Assembly: GCA_002256025.1 (NCBI GenBank)
Contig: NKIB01014012.1
Coordinates: 1-48,447, forward strand
Length of the DNA: 48,447 nt
Origin: Asterionella formosa
Taxonomy: Eukaryota
Direction of reading: 5' to 3'
Below, piece by piece: positions 35,373 to 46,629 of the stretch (positions within the stretch are counted from its first letter, which is position 1; each line of letters starts with the position of its first letter). A program made the position numbers and the translations under genes. The notes under the pieces were generated by a model. The model ran no database searches. It had not been told where the DNA came from and saw only the letters and a program-made list of their open reading frames with translations.

Positions 35373-36285
35373 ATGAACATTGTAAGGAATCATTGGCTCA
35401 GTTGGACCATTTTGGTCGCTTCTATTTGTCTTGGAATCATATCCACTTCGTCTCTCCATCAGCGCGTGAACGGGCAGGCCCTGAACGATGATCATTCCAA
35501 TAATCCAAACGAAAATGAGCAATTACTTCCGCATCAGTTTCCAATGGAGAAACCTCGAATGATAACGGTGGAGGAGCTTGCCAAGTAAGTACGCTTGATC
35601 GCAACATCACAGGGATAAATTCATGAAGCTAACGATGACCTTGCGCGTTCTATTCTCATGGCTCAGAAACGACGGTCAGGGCAAAGACGGCGTCATTTGG
35701 CTCTCTATCCTTGGAGAAGTTTATGATGTTACCAAGGGAGCTGGCTACTATGCAAAAGGAGCGGGCTATGAAGTGTTTGCCGCTCGAGATGGATCCGTTC
35801 CATTCATTACTGGAAATTTCACAGCGGAAGAAGCGGAGAAACCTATTCTGGAAGTCCTAACGGACGCTCAATTGTTTCAGCTAGAGGATTGGAGAAAATT
35901 TTACATGAATGAGGAGCGATATCCTTTGATGGGTTTATTGCTTGGTTATTATTACGATGAGAACGGTGCACCGACTGAGGAAAGGAATCGGGTAACAGAA
36001 ATAGTGAACAACTTTGTGCCCCTTGGCGTACGACGACGAAAGGAACGAGAGGAGAAAAGAAGGAGGGAAGAGGAAGCTGCTGCCGCCGCCGCTGCCGATG
36101 AAGGTGCAGCATTGAATGCGGCCCTCGACGAAGGAGTCGATCCTGCTAAAAGTGCCGATAAAGGCGAGCCTAAGCGTGTCTACGCCAAGAAAGAATATGT
36201 ATCCGATGAAGCTGCTGTCAAGAAAGGTAGCTTGAAGCGTGGTGGCGTTAAGGGAGTAGTCACTCCTAATCAAGGCGAGTTGTAG
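35373..36285 (+). CDS. Cytochrome b5-like heme/steroid-binding (MAPR: PGRMC/neuferricin-like) protein, 2 exons
   Basis: Exons 35373-35584 and 35667-36285 (intron 82 nt, GTAAGT..CTAAC..CAG). Signal/TM N-terminus; ITVEELAK|NDG..IWLSILGEVYDVTKG..YY..G.GY..FAARDGS. Confidence 0.88.
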
Positions 36286-36372
36286 TGATGAGTACAGTCA
36301 GACTACATTCCTGTAGCGCAATATTAAGAGAATCAAAGAGTAGTTTATGGTACTACCACGAAAGTTAAGGAA

Positions 36373-37572
36373 TCATGCAATGGCAGTAGCCAACCTTTCG
36401 AGTACAAATTCAAGCGCCCGTTCGGTCGCTGATGTACCCTCGTTCGCTCCATTTATTCCACCAGTTATCGTTATTTTGTCAGGATTGCTCTCGGTCGCTA
36501 GCGCCATACTTTCTGAGCTGACACTAGGAACAAAGGCATGTTTGCAAGCCAGTGCCATTTCCAAGTCATTATCATCGTCGCATAGACAGAGTGCGGACGA
36601 AGCCATAAACGAGACATCGCCGTTGTTGCATAGTTCCTTGGCTAAATGAATGCAGCAGTTCTTTTTACCACTATCCCTTGGGTAAAAGTCCAAACAACCC
36701 AAGTTCATGCTGGTGGCAAGCTCAGGTGGGACATGATGGTCAGCAGTAAGCAAGGCATCGAAGGCCGCCATGTTAGTTTGCTGCTTGCGATTGACACGGA
36801 AGCACGTGGAATACCCCTCAGTATCAATGACTAGACCCTTGTCCATCAAGGTTCGAGCATACTCCCACAAAAGGCCCTTACGGTCTTTCACGGGAATGGG
36901 GTCTTGCGACGTCGCGAGCTCCGTGCCAACAAAGCCATCTGTACCACATGTTTGTTCCATGCATGTGCGCCACGCAACATCTTCTATCAACCCAAAAGGT
37001 TGCAAATCCCTCTCGCTGCATCCATCGTAGGTTTGTGGAACAACTACTAGACCGTGGTATCCTTCCATATTGGTTGTTGGATAAAAGATGCGCCCAGCCT
37101 CCGAGCAGTAGGCATCGGCTCGAGGCAAGAATGGCAATCGTTTCCACAGGGTGGAAGTTCTCATTCCACTGATCAAAACAAGCTTTCTTCGGTATTTCTG
37201 GCGTATTTGTTGGCATTGCACCAGCGTTTTGGCGGAAATGACTCCTTGCATTCCAGTGGAACTGGGCGGCAATTGGAGTATGCTCTCGGAATAGTCAACA
37301 TCGTCGGCGGGATAGTGAACCAAAGTCCCATCGACATCGCTAAAGATAATTTGAATCTCTTGACTGGTGGCTAGTGAGTGTGTATCGGCAGTTGCATCTT
37401 CGGTGTGGCGTGAGAGCGACGATGTTGGTTCGCCGTTGAGCAATCTGATTGGGTCAGTCGTGATCGCTGGGACAGGATTACCGGTAGGCAACGACGAGTT
37501 TCCAAGCTGGAATAGCGCTGACATCAATCCAACGACGAAGAAGATTGCGCGGGAGGGAAGCCACGATCGCAT
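36373..37572 (-). CDS. HAD-superfamily hydrolase (IIB/Cof-like) with predicted signal peptide
   Basis: Motif I IFSDVDGTL, motif II LISG, motif III SGK, motif IV CDDDNDLEM. First ATG at 37572 followed by hydrophobic AIFFVVGLMSALF. Confidence 0.8.
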   Translation of the reverse strand: MRSWLPSRAIFFVVGLMSALFQLGNSSLPTGNPVPAITTDPIRLLNGEPTSSLSRHTEDATADTHSLATSQEIQIIFSDVDGTLVHYPADDVDYSESILQLPPSSTGMQGVISAKTLVQCQQIRQKYRRKLVLISGMRTSTLWKRLPFLPRADAYCSEAGRIFYPTTNMEGYHGLVVVPQTYDGCSERDLQPFGLIEDVAWRTCMEQTCGTDGFVGTELATSQDPIPVKDRKGLLWEYARTLMDKGLVIDTEGYSTCFRVNRKQQTNMAAFDALLTADHHVPPELATSMNLGCLDFYPRDSGKKNCCIHLAKELCNNGDVSFMASSALCLCDDDNDLEMALACKHAFVPSVSSESMALATESNPDKITITGGINGANEGTSATERALEFVLERLATAIA

Positions 37573-37699
37573 CTCAATCAGGATGGATGTGTCATTGATG
37601 TCGGCAGCTCTCCCGAGAAACAAAAAAACGATTTATTGTGTTTGGTACAAAATGGAAGCGAAAAAGTCGAAGGCGGAACAGAACTCATCATATCGTCAG

Positions 37700-38115
37700 C
37701 CATCATGATACCAGGTACGGGTACTGGTACCATACCAGGTTCCGGTAATCCATGGTACCAGTACCCTGGTACCTGCTGGTATCTACATTCGCTCACCTGC
37801 ACACATACTGGTAAATACAGTACCTGGTACCAGGTACATAGCATGTATTCCGGTACGCACATTCTCCCGGTAAGGACAGGACAGACGGCAGCGTTGGACT
37901 CCAACCATCGAAATCGAATCATGATGAATGATTTAAAAAATGAAAGAAAAGCCAAGAACAAAGTAAGTATACCGGTATCTAGAGTTGCCAGCATGTAGTG
38001 GTAAACAAATAAATCAATGTACCAGTACCAGGTACCAGGTAGTCTCAGGTGCACTGGTACCTTCACACCGTTTCCTAGTCTACCGGTAATACTTTTAGGC
38101 TACCGGTACTGGCAG
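37700..38115. repeat. Dense cluster of interlocking GGTACC / ACC(W)GGT palindromes in the HAD/NOG1 divergent spacer
   Basis: For example TACCAGGTACGGGTACTGGTACCATACCAGG, GTACCTGGTACCAGGTAC, GTACCAGTACCAGGTACCAGGTA. Confidence 0.85.
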
Positions 38116-38390
38116 TCCACATACGCCACTAATATATGCATTATATATATAATATAACATGAATTACGGTAATATACTGGAAATGCAGTACCAACACCAT
38201 TCATGCACTTTTTCAAGCAAGCAGGAGCCTTGTTTTACGATTGTTCGTTGTGGTGGAATCATATTTTCCTTCGACTATTTGGCGGAAGCATTCGATTGGC
38301 TTGCCCTCCGTGACAGACTCATAATCATTGCTGCTATTGCTGCCACTGTCTAACCTGACTCTGAAGTAAGGAAGGAACCAGCCAGCCACC

Positions 38391-40573
38391 ATGCCAGTCT
38401 ACAACTTCAAGAAGATGCACCCCGTGCCAACGGCGCCAGAGTTGATTGACATTGTCCTCATGCGCACTCAACGTAAGACGCCAACAGTTGTTCATCCCGG
38501 ATACAAGATTACTCGAATTCGGAATTTCTAGTAAGTTTCTGGGATTGTCTCTCCAGACTGATGAAGGATTCACAGCTCACAATACTGTTTGCCCTTGCCT
38601 TGTCATGTAGCATGCGCAAAATCAAGTTCACGCAACAAACCATTTCAGAGCGCCTCGGCCACATTCTCACGGACTTTCCCCGCCTCAACGACATTCACCC
38701 ATTTTACGCTGATCTATGCAACACCCTCTATGATCGTGATCACTACAAGCTCGCTCTCGGTCAGATCAATACGGCTCGTTCCTTGGTGGATTCGATTGCT
38801 CGCGACATGCTCCGCATGGTCAAGTACGGCGACTCGCTTTACCGATGCAAGTGTTTGAAGCGCGCCGCCCTGGGTCGCATGTGTACTGTCTTGAAGCGAC
38901 AAAAATCGGCATTGGCCTACTTGGAAGAAGTTCGCAAGCACATGTCTCGTCTCCCCGCCCTAGACCCCAACACGCGTACACTCCTCATGTGCGGACTTCC
39001 AAATGTTGGAAAGTCCTCGTTTATGAACAAGATTACCCGGGCCAATGTTGACGTTCAACCGTATGCCTTCACGACCAAGTCGCTCTTTGTTGGACACTGC
39101 GATTACCGCTACTTGCGTTGGCAAGTGATTGATACTCCCGGGATTTTGGATCATCCTCTCGAAGAGAGAAACACAATTGAGATGCAAGCTATTACAGCGT
39201 TGGCTCACTTGACGTGCAGTGTACTGTACTTTGTTGACATTTCGGAGCAGTGTGGTTACACGATTGAGCAGCAGTGCTCATTGTTCCGTTCCATCCAACC
39301 GCTTTTTGCCAATAAACAACTCATTATTGTCGTGAACAAGGTCGACCAGCAACCTTGGGAGACTTTGAACGCCGAAAAGAAGGCCATGGTTCAGGCCTTA
39401 TCAGATGTAACCAACTGTTCACTAAAAACCATGTCCAACTTGTCCGAACATGGAGTTTCAGAAGTCAAGGCGCTTGCTTGTGACTTGTTGTTGGCCTCTC
39501 GCGTCGACTCTCGCGTCTCTGGAAACAAGGTGGATGGCGTCATGAATCGCCTTCAAGTTTTTCATCCTGCTCCCCGTGATAATTTGGAACGAGACACATG
39601 CATTCCAGAGACTGTCAAACAGGCAGTCGAAAATGGTACCTTTGGTAATACAGATGACGACCACAAGCCCAAGCGTTCAACGACAGGATATGCCCAGACA
39701 AAGGATGATGGTGACGTTGACATGATGGACAAGAAAAAGACAGCGCGTGATCTCATGTGGGAGAATGGCGGTCCAGGTGTCTGGGCCCCCGACTACCGTG
39801 AGCAATATGACCTTGCCGATCCAGAGTGGCGTTTCGATGCTATTCCCGAGATTATGGACGGCAAGAACATTGCAGACTACATTGATCCTGATATTGCTGC
39901 CAAACTCGATGCCTTGGAGCAAGAAGAAGAACAGTTATTGGCTGAGCTTGTAGCTGCTGGTATGGAAGAAGAAGTTGAATCTGATCTTGACGAAGAAGAG
40001 GAAGCTGCAGTGTCTGCCATTCGTGAGCGCAAGCGCACCACCCGGCTCATGTCCAATACTAACCTGACACAGAACAAGCCCATGATGCCCCGAACGGCTC
40101 GTGGACGGGGATACGACAAGCACAATTCTGGTGCTCTTGATGTCAATAACATTAAGAAGAAGATGGAAAGTTACGGAATCGATGCTTCTAAAATGTTGGA
40201 GCGCGGACGGGATATGGAGCGAGGGCGTAAGCGTGAACGTTCCCTTAGTCGCAAGCGTGAGGAGTCCCCAGCCGATGATGCTATGGAGGACGTGTCTGGA
40301 TTGAGTAAGAGTGCGATCAAAAAGGCCAAGAAGAGTAAAGTTGAAGACAAGAAGCGTGAGCTTAGCCAAACCCGAAGTCATTCGAAGGTTCGTGAACCTT
40401 CACAGGTGGGCCTCAAGGATGGCGAGGTTGCCAACGTGGCCGCTAAACTTGAGCGTGAAGGACGAAAGAACTGGATAGGTGGGGCTGGAGAGGGTGACCA
40501 ACGGAAGGCTGTCCATTTGGTCAAGTGGATGAACACTGGTAAGAAACGCAACGGTACCCACTATTGCCGTTAA
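38391..40573 (+). CDS. NOG1: Nucleolar GTP-binding protein 1 (60S biogenesis), 2 exons
   Basis: Exon 1 38391-38530 ([31 protein letters not shown]), intron 38531-38610, exon 2 38611-40573. [38 protein letters not shown]. Confidence 0.97.
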
Positions 40574-41189
40574 AGGGACTTACAGAACAAACTGTCAATA
40601 GTACTATTTTTATGGAAAATTAATTTACAGTGTTGGTATAGGTGGCTTGAATGCTGCTTTAGCTACCTGGTACTCCTAGCTTCCTTGCGGGATGTGTGTT
40701 CACTCAACAGTGACAGTAGAGCTCTATCATTTCCGCTTTTACCAGTTGTATATGATAATGATACTCATTGTAGTATTGAGTGGATTTTGTTTCCCCGAAT
40801 AGTTGAAGGGGTTCGTTTGTCACTAGGAACAAGGGAACTTTGATATTCCACAACTTACACCCTCATCTGGTATGTTTCGTCAAGGGTATTCGCAGGCAGA
40901 CTACATGTAGTTGGGATGAGCTGTACAGGTGGTCTCTACTCTATCAACGGCCTATTATAATGAAAATTTTTTATGATAGACTTCCTGGCTCCAGTAATAG
41001 ACTCATTCTTACGTGGTCTCAGGTTCATATTGTTGTATTCTGTTCAGGACCTGAGGATCACCATCCGCCCCAGCCGAAGCAACACAGCAAGCGTGCGTTA
41101 GCTAGCTAGTAATAAAATCCGTGGGACACACTTGACAAGATAGGGATTGTTATTTTACACGACCTATCATACATTCTTATTTTTACATA

Positions 41190-41440
41190 CCAGATACCCG
41201 GTATGTACCACCGGGTAGTACCGGTACCTGGTACCGGTACCTGGAACCGGCAGTCCTGGTCCCAGTATTTCTTACCGTTATGGGTACAGGAGTTGGTACC
41301 TGGTACCAGGTTCCGGTCTACTGTAGTCCATAATTTATACTGCCTGTAGGACAGTAGACGGTACCGGTACCGGTATATGAAAAAGACAAAAGAATTGCTG
41401 ACGCTGGTTAATACATGATGTGGTAAATACCAGTACCGAC
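41190..41440. repeat. Dense GGTACC / ACC(W)GGT palindrome cluster upstream of GFM2
   Basis: GTACCGGTACCTGGTACCGGTACCTGG (41218-41244), GGTACCTGGTACCAGG, CGGTACCGGTACCGGTA. Confidence 0.85.
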
Positions 41441-41832
41441 ATGTGTATCTACGACATGATATGATAATAAACCTCTCGGCCCAAAGCCAGCGCAATCTCA
41501 CAGCCATCAACTAAGATACGGGTAGACTACAGGTAGTACAGAATGCCATGGCTGCTGCAGCATGGAACGATTTCGTGTAAGAAAATGACGAAAAAGGACG
41601 ACGACGACAATAGCGACAACGACGAATCTTCCTCGATCGGCCACCACTAACAACAAACGATTTCATCTTCTAGATTTGTACTCCTGTTGTTCTTGCAACA
41701 TACACACTTTGTCCTCAGGCACCCCACAATCTGCCCTCGTATTTATCGAATATAGAGCTGCACCCCATCGTCGCAGCGAAGGGAAAGATCCAATCCTACT
41801 ACAATAATACACACTGCGCCACTCCACAAATA

Positions 41833-44532
41833 ATGCTTCGATTGGCGACTCGTCACGCGTCGACGAACCGATCCATCTTGAATAGGATACAGTGCCACCG
41901 TAGATTCGTCCGCTTGAATTCGTCGCTCCCTTCTTCTTCCGTTGACGACGACCACTCGGAAATCAAGGCGGAGATTCTGCGACTCCGACATTTACGAAAT
42001 GTTGGGATTCTGGCGCACGTTGATGCCGGCAAAACGACAGTGACAGAGCGTATGCTGGCACTGGCGGGTGTTGTCAGCGAAGCCGGATCGGTAGATGATG
42101 GAAATACAGTTACTGATTATTTGCCTGCCGAACGAGAACGAGGAATTACCATTCAGGCGGCGGCTATTTCATTTGAGTGGGGCTGGCACAATAGTACAAC
42201 TAATGATGACTATGAAGCGAACAGCAATGTACAAATACATTTGATCGATACTCCAGGTCATGTTGACTTTAGTGTTGAAGTCAATCGAGCTGTGGCAGTG
42301 CTGGACGGGGCAGTCCTTGTAGTGGATGCTGTAGCTGGAGCGCAGGCACAAACTGAAACTGTATGGAGAGCCATGACCAGACCCTCTCTCAACAATCACG
42401 ACCCCGCGATGAAAGGACTAGTGATACAACAAGATCATGCTCATGAACCACTGCCATGTCTGGCATTGATTAACAAGATGGACAAGGAGGGCTGTCATTT
42501 CGGGAATGCAATTGCATCCTTGCGACGGAAACTTCCTGGTGCCAATCCAATTCCAATGCAAGTGCCTCTCTTTCGAACGTTCAGCAAGAGTTCATTGGGG
42601 AGTCAATTGGTAGGTTCGAATATAGTTGCTATACCAGCTGATACCGAGACGATGATTACGGGTGATTTTGTTGGTGTAGTTGATTTGGTACACATGAGAG
42701 CTATTGTTTATCCTGACGTGTCGAGTTTCAATGTTGACGACTGTATACCCGATGTGATTAATTTGATTTGCTCAGAAACTCTTCAACCACTTGATAGCAA
42801 TTGTCATGTAACGAGAGAAGCTGTGACAGCGAGACAAGCACTGATAGAAAGTCTGGCTGACATTGACGAGGCAATGGAAGAATACTTTTTGTCTGAGCAG
42901 CAACCATCAAATGCTCAAGTGCGGGCCGCTTTGCGGCGGGCTACACTGGCACGTACAGCCCTTCCCGTACTAGCGGGGGCGGCTCTTCGTGGAAGAGGAG
43001 TAGAACCCCTGTTAGATTCCATTGCTGATTTGCTCCCATCGCCACTAGATCGAATGGCTCCGGCCTTGACCAAGCTTGATTCATCCACGTGGACCGACGG
43101 CAGAAGGAAAGCGAAAAAGGGTAAGAAAATAGTACGATCAATATCAGACGAAGAAGAATCGAAACGAAAGGTTAAGATTGGACATCCCCTTCACCCGACT
43201 CTACTCGCCTTGGCATTCAAAGTTGTTCACATGAAGGGTCGAGGTGGAAGTGGGGATGGTCGAGTTGTATTTGCCCGCGTATATTCAGGAGAACTCCATA
43301 CAGGTGATACTCTGCAGGTTATTTCACCACCAGCTCCCGGTGAAGCTGCCACCAAACCCAGAATTGAACGCATCGGAGGCATGTTGGAGCTGGCCGGGGG
43401 GAAATTCGATAACATTGAGGATGGAATGTGTGCCAGTGGTGATGTTTGTGCTTTGGTGGGTCTCAAGAGTGTTGTTACAGGCGATACAATCTTGTTGGAG
43501 CCGAAGGGAAAAGTAAAAAGCAAGAGAGCAGCTCCAGATGAACCAGTTTGTTTAGCAGGAGTATCATCGCCTAAACCAGTCCTAAAGGTCCGCCTTGAAG
43601 CAGAAAGTGCTGAAATGCAGAAAAGGTTGTCCGCCGCCTTGATACTACTTGCTGTGGAAGATCCTAGTTTGTTAGTTGAAGAGACCGAATCGGCCACCTT
43701 ATTATCTGGGTTAGGTGAATTGCACATTGAAGTTACGCTCGATCGACTTTACCGCGAGTATGGTTTGGATATCACGGTTGGAAAGCCGGCAGTGGCATAC
43801 CGAGAAAGTCTCTTGGCCGCTACATTAGAAACCGATGGACTGGTCGAGTATGATCGCACCATTGGTGCAAGTCGCATGCAAGCAGCCATCCACTTGAGAT
43901 TAGAGTCCAAGCCACATGAATGGGAGACATCACAGTCAGCATGTGTGTTCTTATCGGATCCAATTGTGACACTTGGTCAAGAAGCACGTGCCTTTCTGAA
44001 AGCCGATTCCGATGAGGATGAAGAGGAATTGATGGAATACAACAGTGTGGTCCGTGCATTAATTCTTGGTTGTAAAGGGGCCCTGAAGCGTGGTCCTTTG
44101 GGCTCTTATGCCATGGCCAACATGAGTTGTCACATTGAGAATATTGATGCAGAGGGGGGTTTACCGTATTTAGAAAGTATGCCGGGTGCATTACGAGCAG
44201 CAGCATCTCATGCAATATCAGGTATTTTTGCTGCCAACAAGCAGTCATGTTCGTTATTGGAGCCTACTATGAGTGTCGAAGTGACGGTACCTGGCAGCAT
44301 GGTGGGTATGGTCCTGTCTGATTTGACAGGTCGTCGAGGCCATGTTGGTGATGTGATATTTGGCGACGGTGATGACGTCAATTCAAAAGCATTGGTACGA
44401 GGAGAAGTGCCACTCGTGGAAATTCTTGGATATGCTAATAGCTTGCGGTCTTTGACCGGAGGTGAAGGTACCTTTACTGCTGAATACAAGGGACATTCGC
44501 CTTGCGATGATCCTTCCATGATGACGCGCTAG
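41833..44532 (+). CDS. GFM2: Mitochondrial EF-G2 / ribosome-releasing factor 2
   Basis: Arg/Ser-rich presequence; AHVDAGKTT, ERERGITIQAAA, DTPGHVDF, NKMD, GLGELHIEV, GYANSLRSLTGG. Domain IV lacks the QSGG-type loop of translocating EF-G1. Confidence 0.88.
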   Translation: MLRLATRHASTNRSILNRIQCHRRFVRLNSSLPSSSVDDDHSEIKAEILRLRHLRNVGILAHVDAGKTTVTERMLALAGVVSEAGSVDDGNTVTDYLPAERERGITIQAAAISFEWGWHNSTTNDDYEANSNVQIHLIDTPGHVDFSVEVNRAVAVLDGAVLVVDAVAGAQAQTETVWRAMTRPSLNNHDPAMKGLVIQQDHAHEPLPCLALINKMDKEGCHFGNAIASLRRKLPGANPIPMQVPLFRTFSKSSLGSQLVGSNIVAIPADTETMITGDFVGVVDLVHMRAIVYPDVSSFNVDDCIPDVINLICSETLQPLDSNCHVTREAVTARQALIESLADIDEAMEEYFLSEQQPSNAQVRAALRRATLARTALPVLAGAALRGRGVEPLLDSIADLLPSPLDRMAPALTKLDSSTWTDGRRKAKKGKKIVRSISDEEESKRKVKIGHPLHPTLLALAFKVVHMKGRGGSGDGRVVFARVYSGELHTGDTLQVISPPAPGEAATKPRIERIGGMLELAGGKFDNIEDGMCASGDVCALVGLKSVVTGDTILLEPKGKVKSKRAAPDEPVCLAGVSSPKPVLKVRLEAESAEMQKRLSAALILLAVEDPSLLVEETESATLLSGLGELHIEVTLDRLYREYGLDITVGKPAVAYRESLLAATLETDGLVEYDRTIGASRMQAAIHLRLESKPHEWETSQSACVFLSDPIVTLGQEARAFLKADSDEDEEELMEYNSVVRALILGCKGALKRGPLGSYAMANMSCHIENIDAEGGLPYLESMPGALRAAASHAISGIFAANKQSCSLLEPTMSVEVTVPGSMVGMVLSDLTGRRGHVGDVIFGDGDDVNSKALVRGEVPLVEILGYANSLRSLTGGEGTFTAEYKGHSPCDDPSMMTR

Positions 44533-44589
44533 ATTAGCAACCTGTCATGGTTTTGAAAGCAAATGTAATTTCGGTAATCTCATTCTTAG

Positions 44590-45168
44590 CTATTTTAATT
44601 GTGTAGCATCTTTTGAGTAATCTTGCAACAACAGCCTCACCTTCCGTTCCGCCAGTGCGGCTGCTCGCTGCGTAACTGCCGATTTCTCCAGTCCTGCCAT
44701 CCACTCCAGATTATCGGCGGCATTAAAGTGACAGGAGACAAATATGGGATATCCCAACGTTGTCGATAGCCGCGATGCCATCTGCGCTCCCAAAATTTGA
44801 TCCTCGCTGTCTCCCCCAACCAATTGCGACGTTGATGCACCGCCTTCATCCGAGAAGGCCCCCTTGTACTTGGTCCTCGGCATGGCAACGACCAATTGTC
44901 CCATGCTGGGCACGCCGGACATTTGAGGAGCTTGTGTGCAGTTCTGCTGAATCTTGCCCCATCCCATCCAAATCATTGTGGAATTTTTGAACAAGGTTAT
45001 GGTCCCGACAATCCCTACTGTATCGTCGTGCATTGTGCGAATGATGTGGGGTTCATCGAAGCCTTGTAGGACGCTGCTTGTCAGGCCCACAGCGAAGCAT
45101 TCGACGCGGATGTTTGCGGTTGGGAGTATTGTTACGCTAACTGATGATGATGATGTCTCTTCCGTCAT
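44590..45168 (-). CDS. PSMG4: Proteasome assembly chaperone 4 (PAC4)-like
   Basis: S.MIWMG..MGQLVVAMP....STSQLVG....MASRLS..LGYPIFVSC pattern. Confidence 0.75.
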   Translation of the reverse strand: MTEETSSSSVSVTILPTANIRVECFAVGLTSSVLQGFDEPHIIRTMHDDTVGIVGTITLFKNSTMIWMGWGKIQQNCTQAPQMSGVPSMGQLVVAMPRTKYKGAFSDEGGASTSQLVGGDSEDQILGAQMASRLSTTLGYPIFVSCHFNAADNLEWMAGLEKSAVTQRAAALAERKVRLLLQDYSKDATQLK

Positions 45169-45676
45169 GTTATAGAGGCGATGATGGTTGGTGCAGATGG
45201 ATACAGATGAAATGAGGATGTTACCGGTTTGCTAATGGATGTCAAATGGGTTGATTCGTCGTTTAGCTGCTGAAACTAAATGAATATCATATCCCGGTAT
45301 ATACATATAAATAAAAGAAAAAAATCAATGATAATAATGTGTATATACTCATGAATTATGTGTATACCGGTATGAATGTTGAGGCTAAATACAGTTCCGA
45401 AATGTGATGCCGCAATCCGTCATCCGGGAGATTTATTTTCATGCCACGTATTATCATTTATAGGGATCAAGAAGTACAGGTAAGTTTGTGGATATACCGA
45501 TACATTAATTCATGGGCATACCGGTATATGAGTCTAGGCGCCAGCATACCGGGGTATGATCAAAAAGTTAGCTACGGTAAACACAATCGCGCATCTATTT
45601 TCTACTGACGGAACAGTACATAGACACAATCACTACAAAAAGGAGGATAAAAGCTACAACTCTCGCATTAATCACG

Positions 45677-46465
45677 ATGTCAGAAACAGCCTCGTTTGTT
45701 GATCCCGTCTTTTTGGCCCGTTTCGGCCTCAGCCGACAAAATGTTGTCGAATACTTTCTGCATCCCCTCAACCCCTTCCGGACGTCTGCCAACACCTCCA
45801 ATGAAGTATTGGGCATGCAGGGCATCGACATTGGAAGACTGCAGCAATTCGGCACCAACGGCATCCCACTTCCGCCCCAGGCTGCCGAAGCGGAATTGGC
45901 TCAAGCCCTCGCACGATCCACAGGAGAGCAATACGAACTGCTCCCGCCTGCCACAACGGAAGGGTATGCTCAAATATCGCCTCTCTATACGATTCGACAT
46001 GTACTCAGGACGAACCCAAGCACCGTGAAGGTGCTTGGCATCTACTACGTCCTTGAAGGCGTCATTTATAAGGCCCCCAGTGTCCGGGCATTGATGAAGG
46101 CCAATGTCACTCGTACGGCGCAGGGATTATTAGACGCATGTGCTGCCATGTCCAAATGTGCAAGGTATCAACCATCAACGGGATACACGTGGATGTTTGA
46201 ACAATCGGAGGAGGAAGATCCAGTGGCGCTGCTGCACTTTATGAGGAAGCGGAAGCGACGCAAAATATTGGACCATCGAAGGCCGGGGGAACGGACTGAT
46301 GCGGAAGAGGAAGGAATTCGGGCTTCGGAAGCGATTGATCAAATTCTCGTGCGATTGAGTAAGAGTGCACTTTTAATGGGGGAAAAGAAACTCAAAGTGG
46401 TAGCGGAAACAATAAACTCAGCTCCAACTTTTGACAGCATTGCGAATGTCAGTTCAGCGCTGTGA
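45677..46465 (+). CDS. MED6: Mediator complex subunit 6
   Basis: SFVDP..L...NVVEYF....NPF...SNEVL.MQ, TGEQYEL, LYTIRH, YYVLEGVIYKAPSV. Confidence 0.88.
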   Translation: MSETASFVDPVFLARFGLSRQNVVEYFLHPLNPFRTSANTSNEVLGMQGIDIGRLQQFGTNGIPLPPQAAEAELAQALARSTGEQYELLPPATTEGYAQISPLYTIRHVLRTNPSTVKVLGIYYVLEGVIYKAPSVRALMKANVTRTAQGLLDACAAMSKCARYQPSTGYTWMFEQSEEEDPVALLHFMRKRKRRKILDHRRPGERTDAEEEGIRASEAIDQILVRLSKSALLMGEKKLKVVAETINSAPTFDSIANVSSAL

Positions 46466-46629
46466 CAACAATGCAACACTAATATTTGATAGAAACCACA
46501 TTTCGTTGACAAGAAATTAAGCATAGATGAAGAAGTAGAAATGTTTCGGTTGCTACTGTTTATTCTAACTTGGCTTGTTCACGCAGAAAACGTATCAAAC
46601 TCAAACAACGCTCAAATCTAAAAGGGCAG

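Noticed and set aside
37578..38066. W/Y/P/G-rich ORFs in intergenic DNA (also 8185-8795, 35192-35491, 41106-41510)
   Set aside because: The VPGT/WYQV/YRYR peptides are translations of the GGTACC palindrome clusters.
11907..44532. Functional cluster of ribosome/RNA-metabolism genes (BMT2, RRP41, NOG1, GFM2)
   Set aside because: The genes are dispersed among unrelated genes and TEs, act in different compartments and belong to a common category, so chance is a sufficient explanation.
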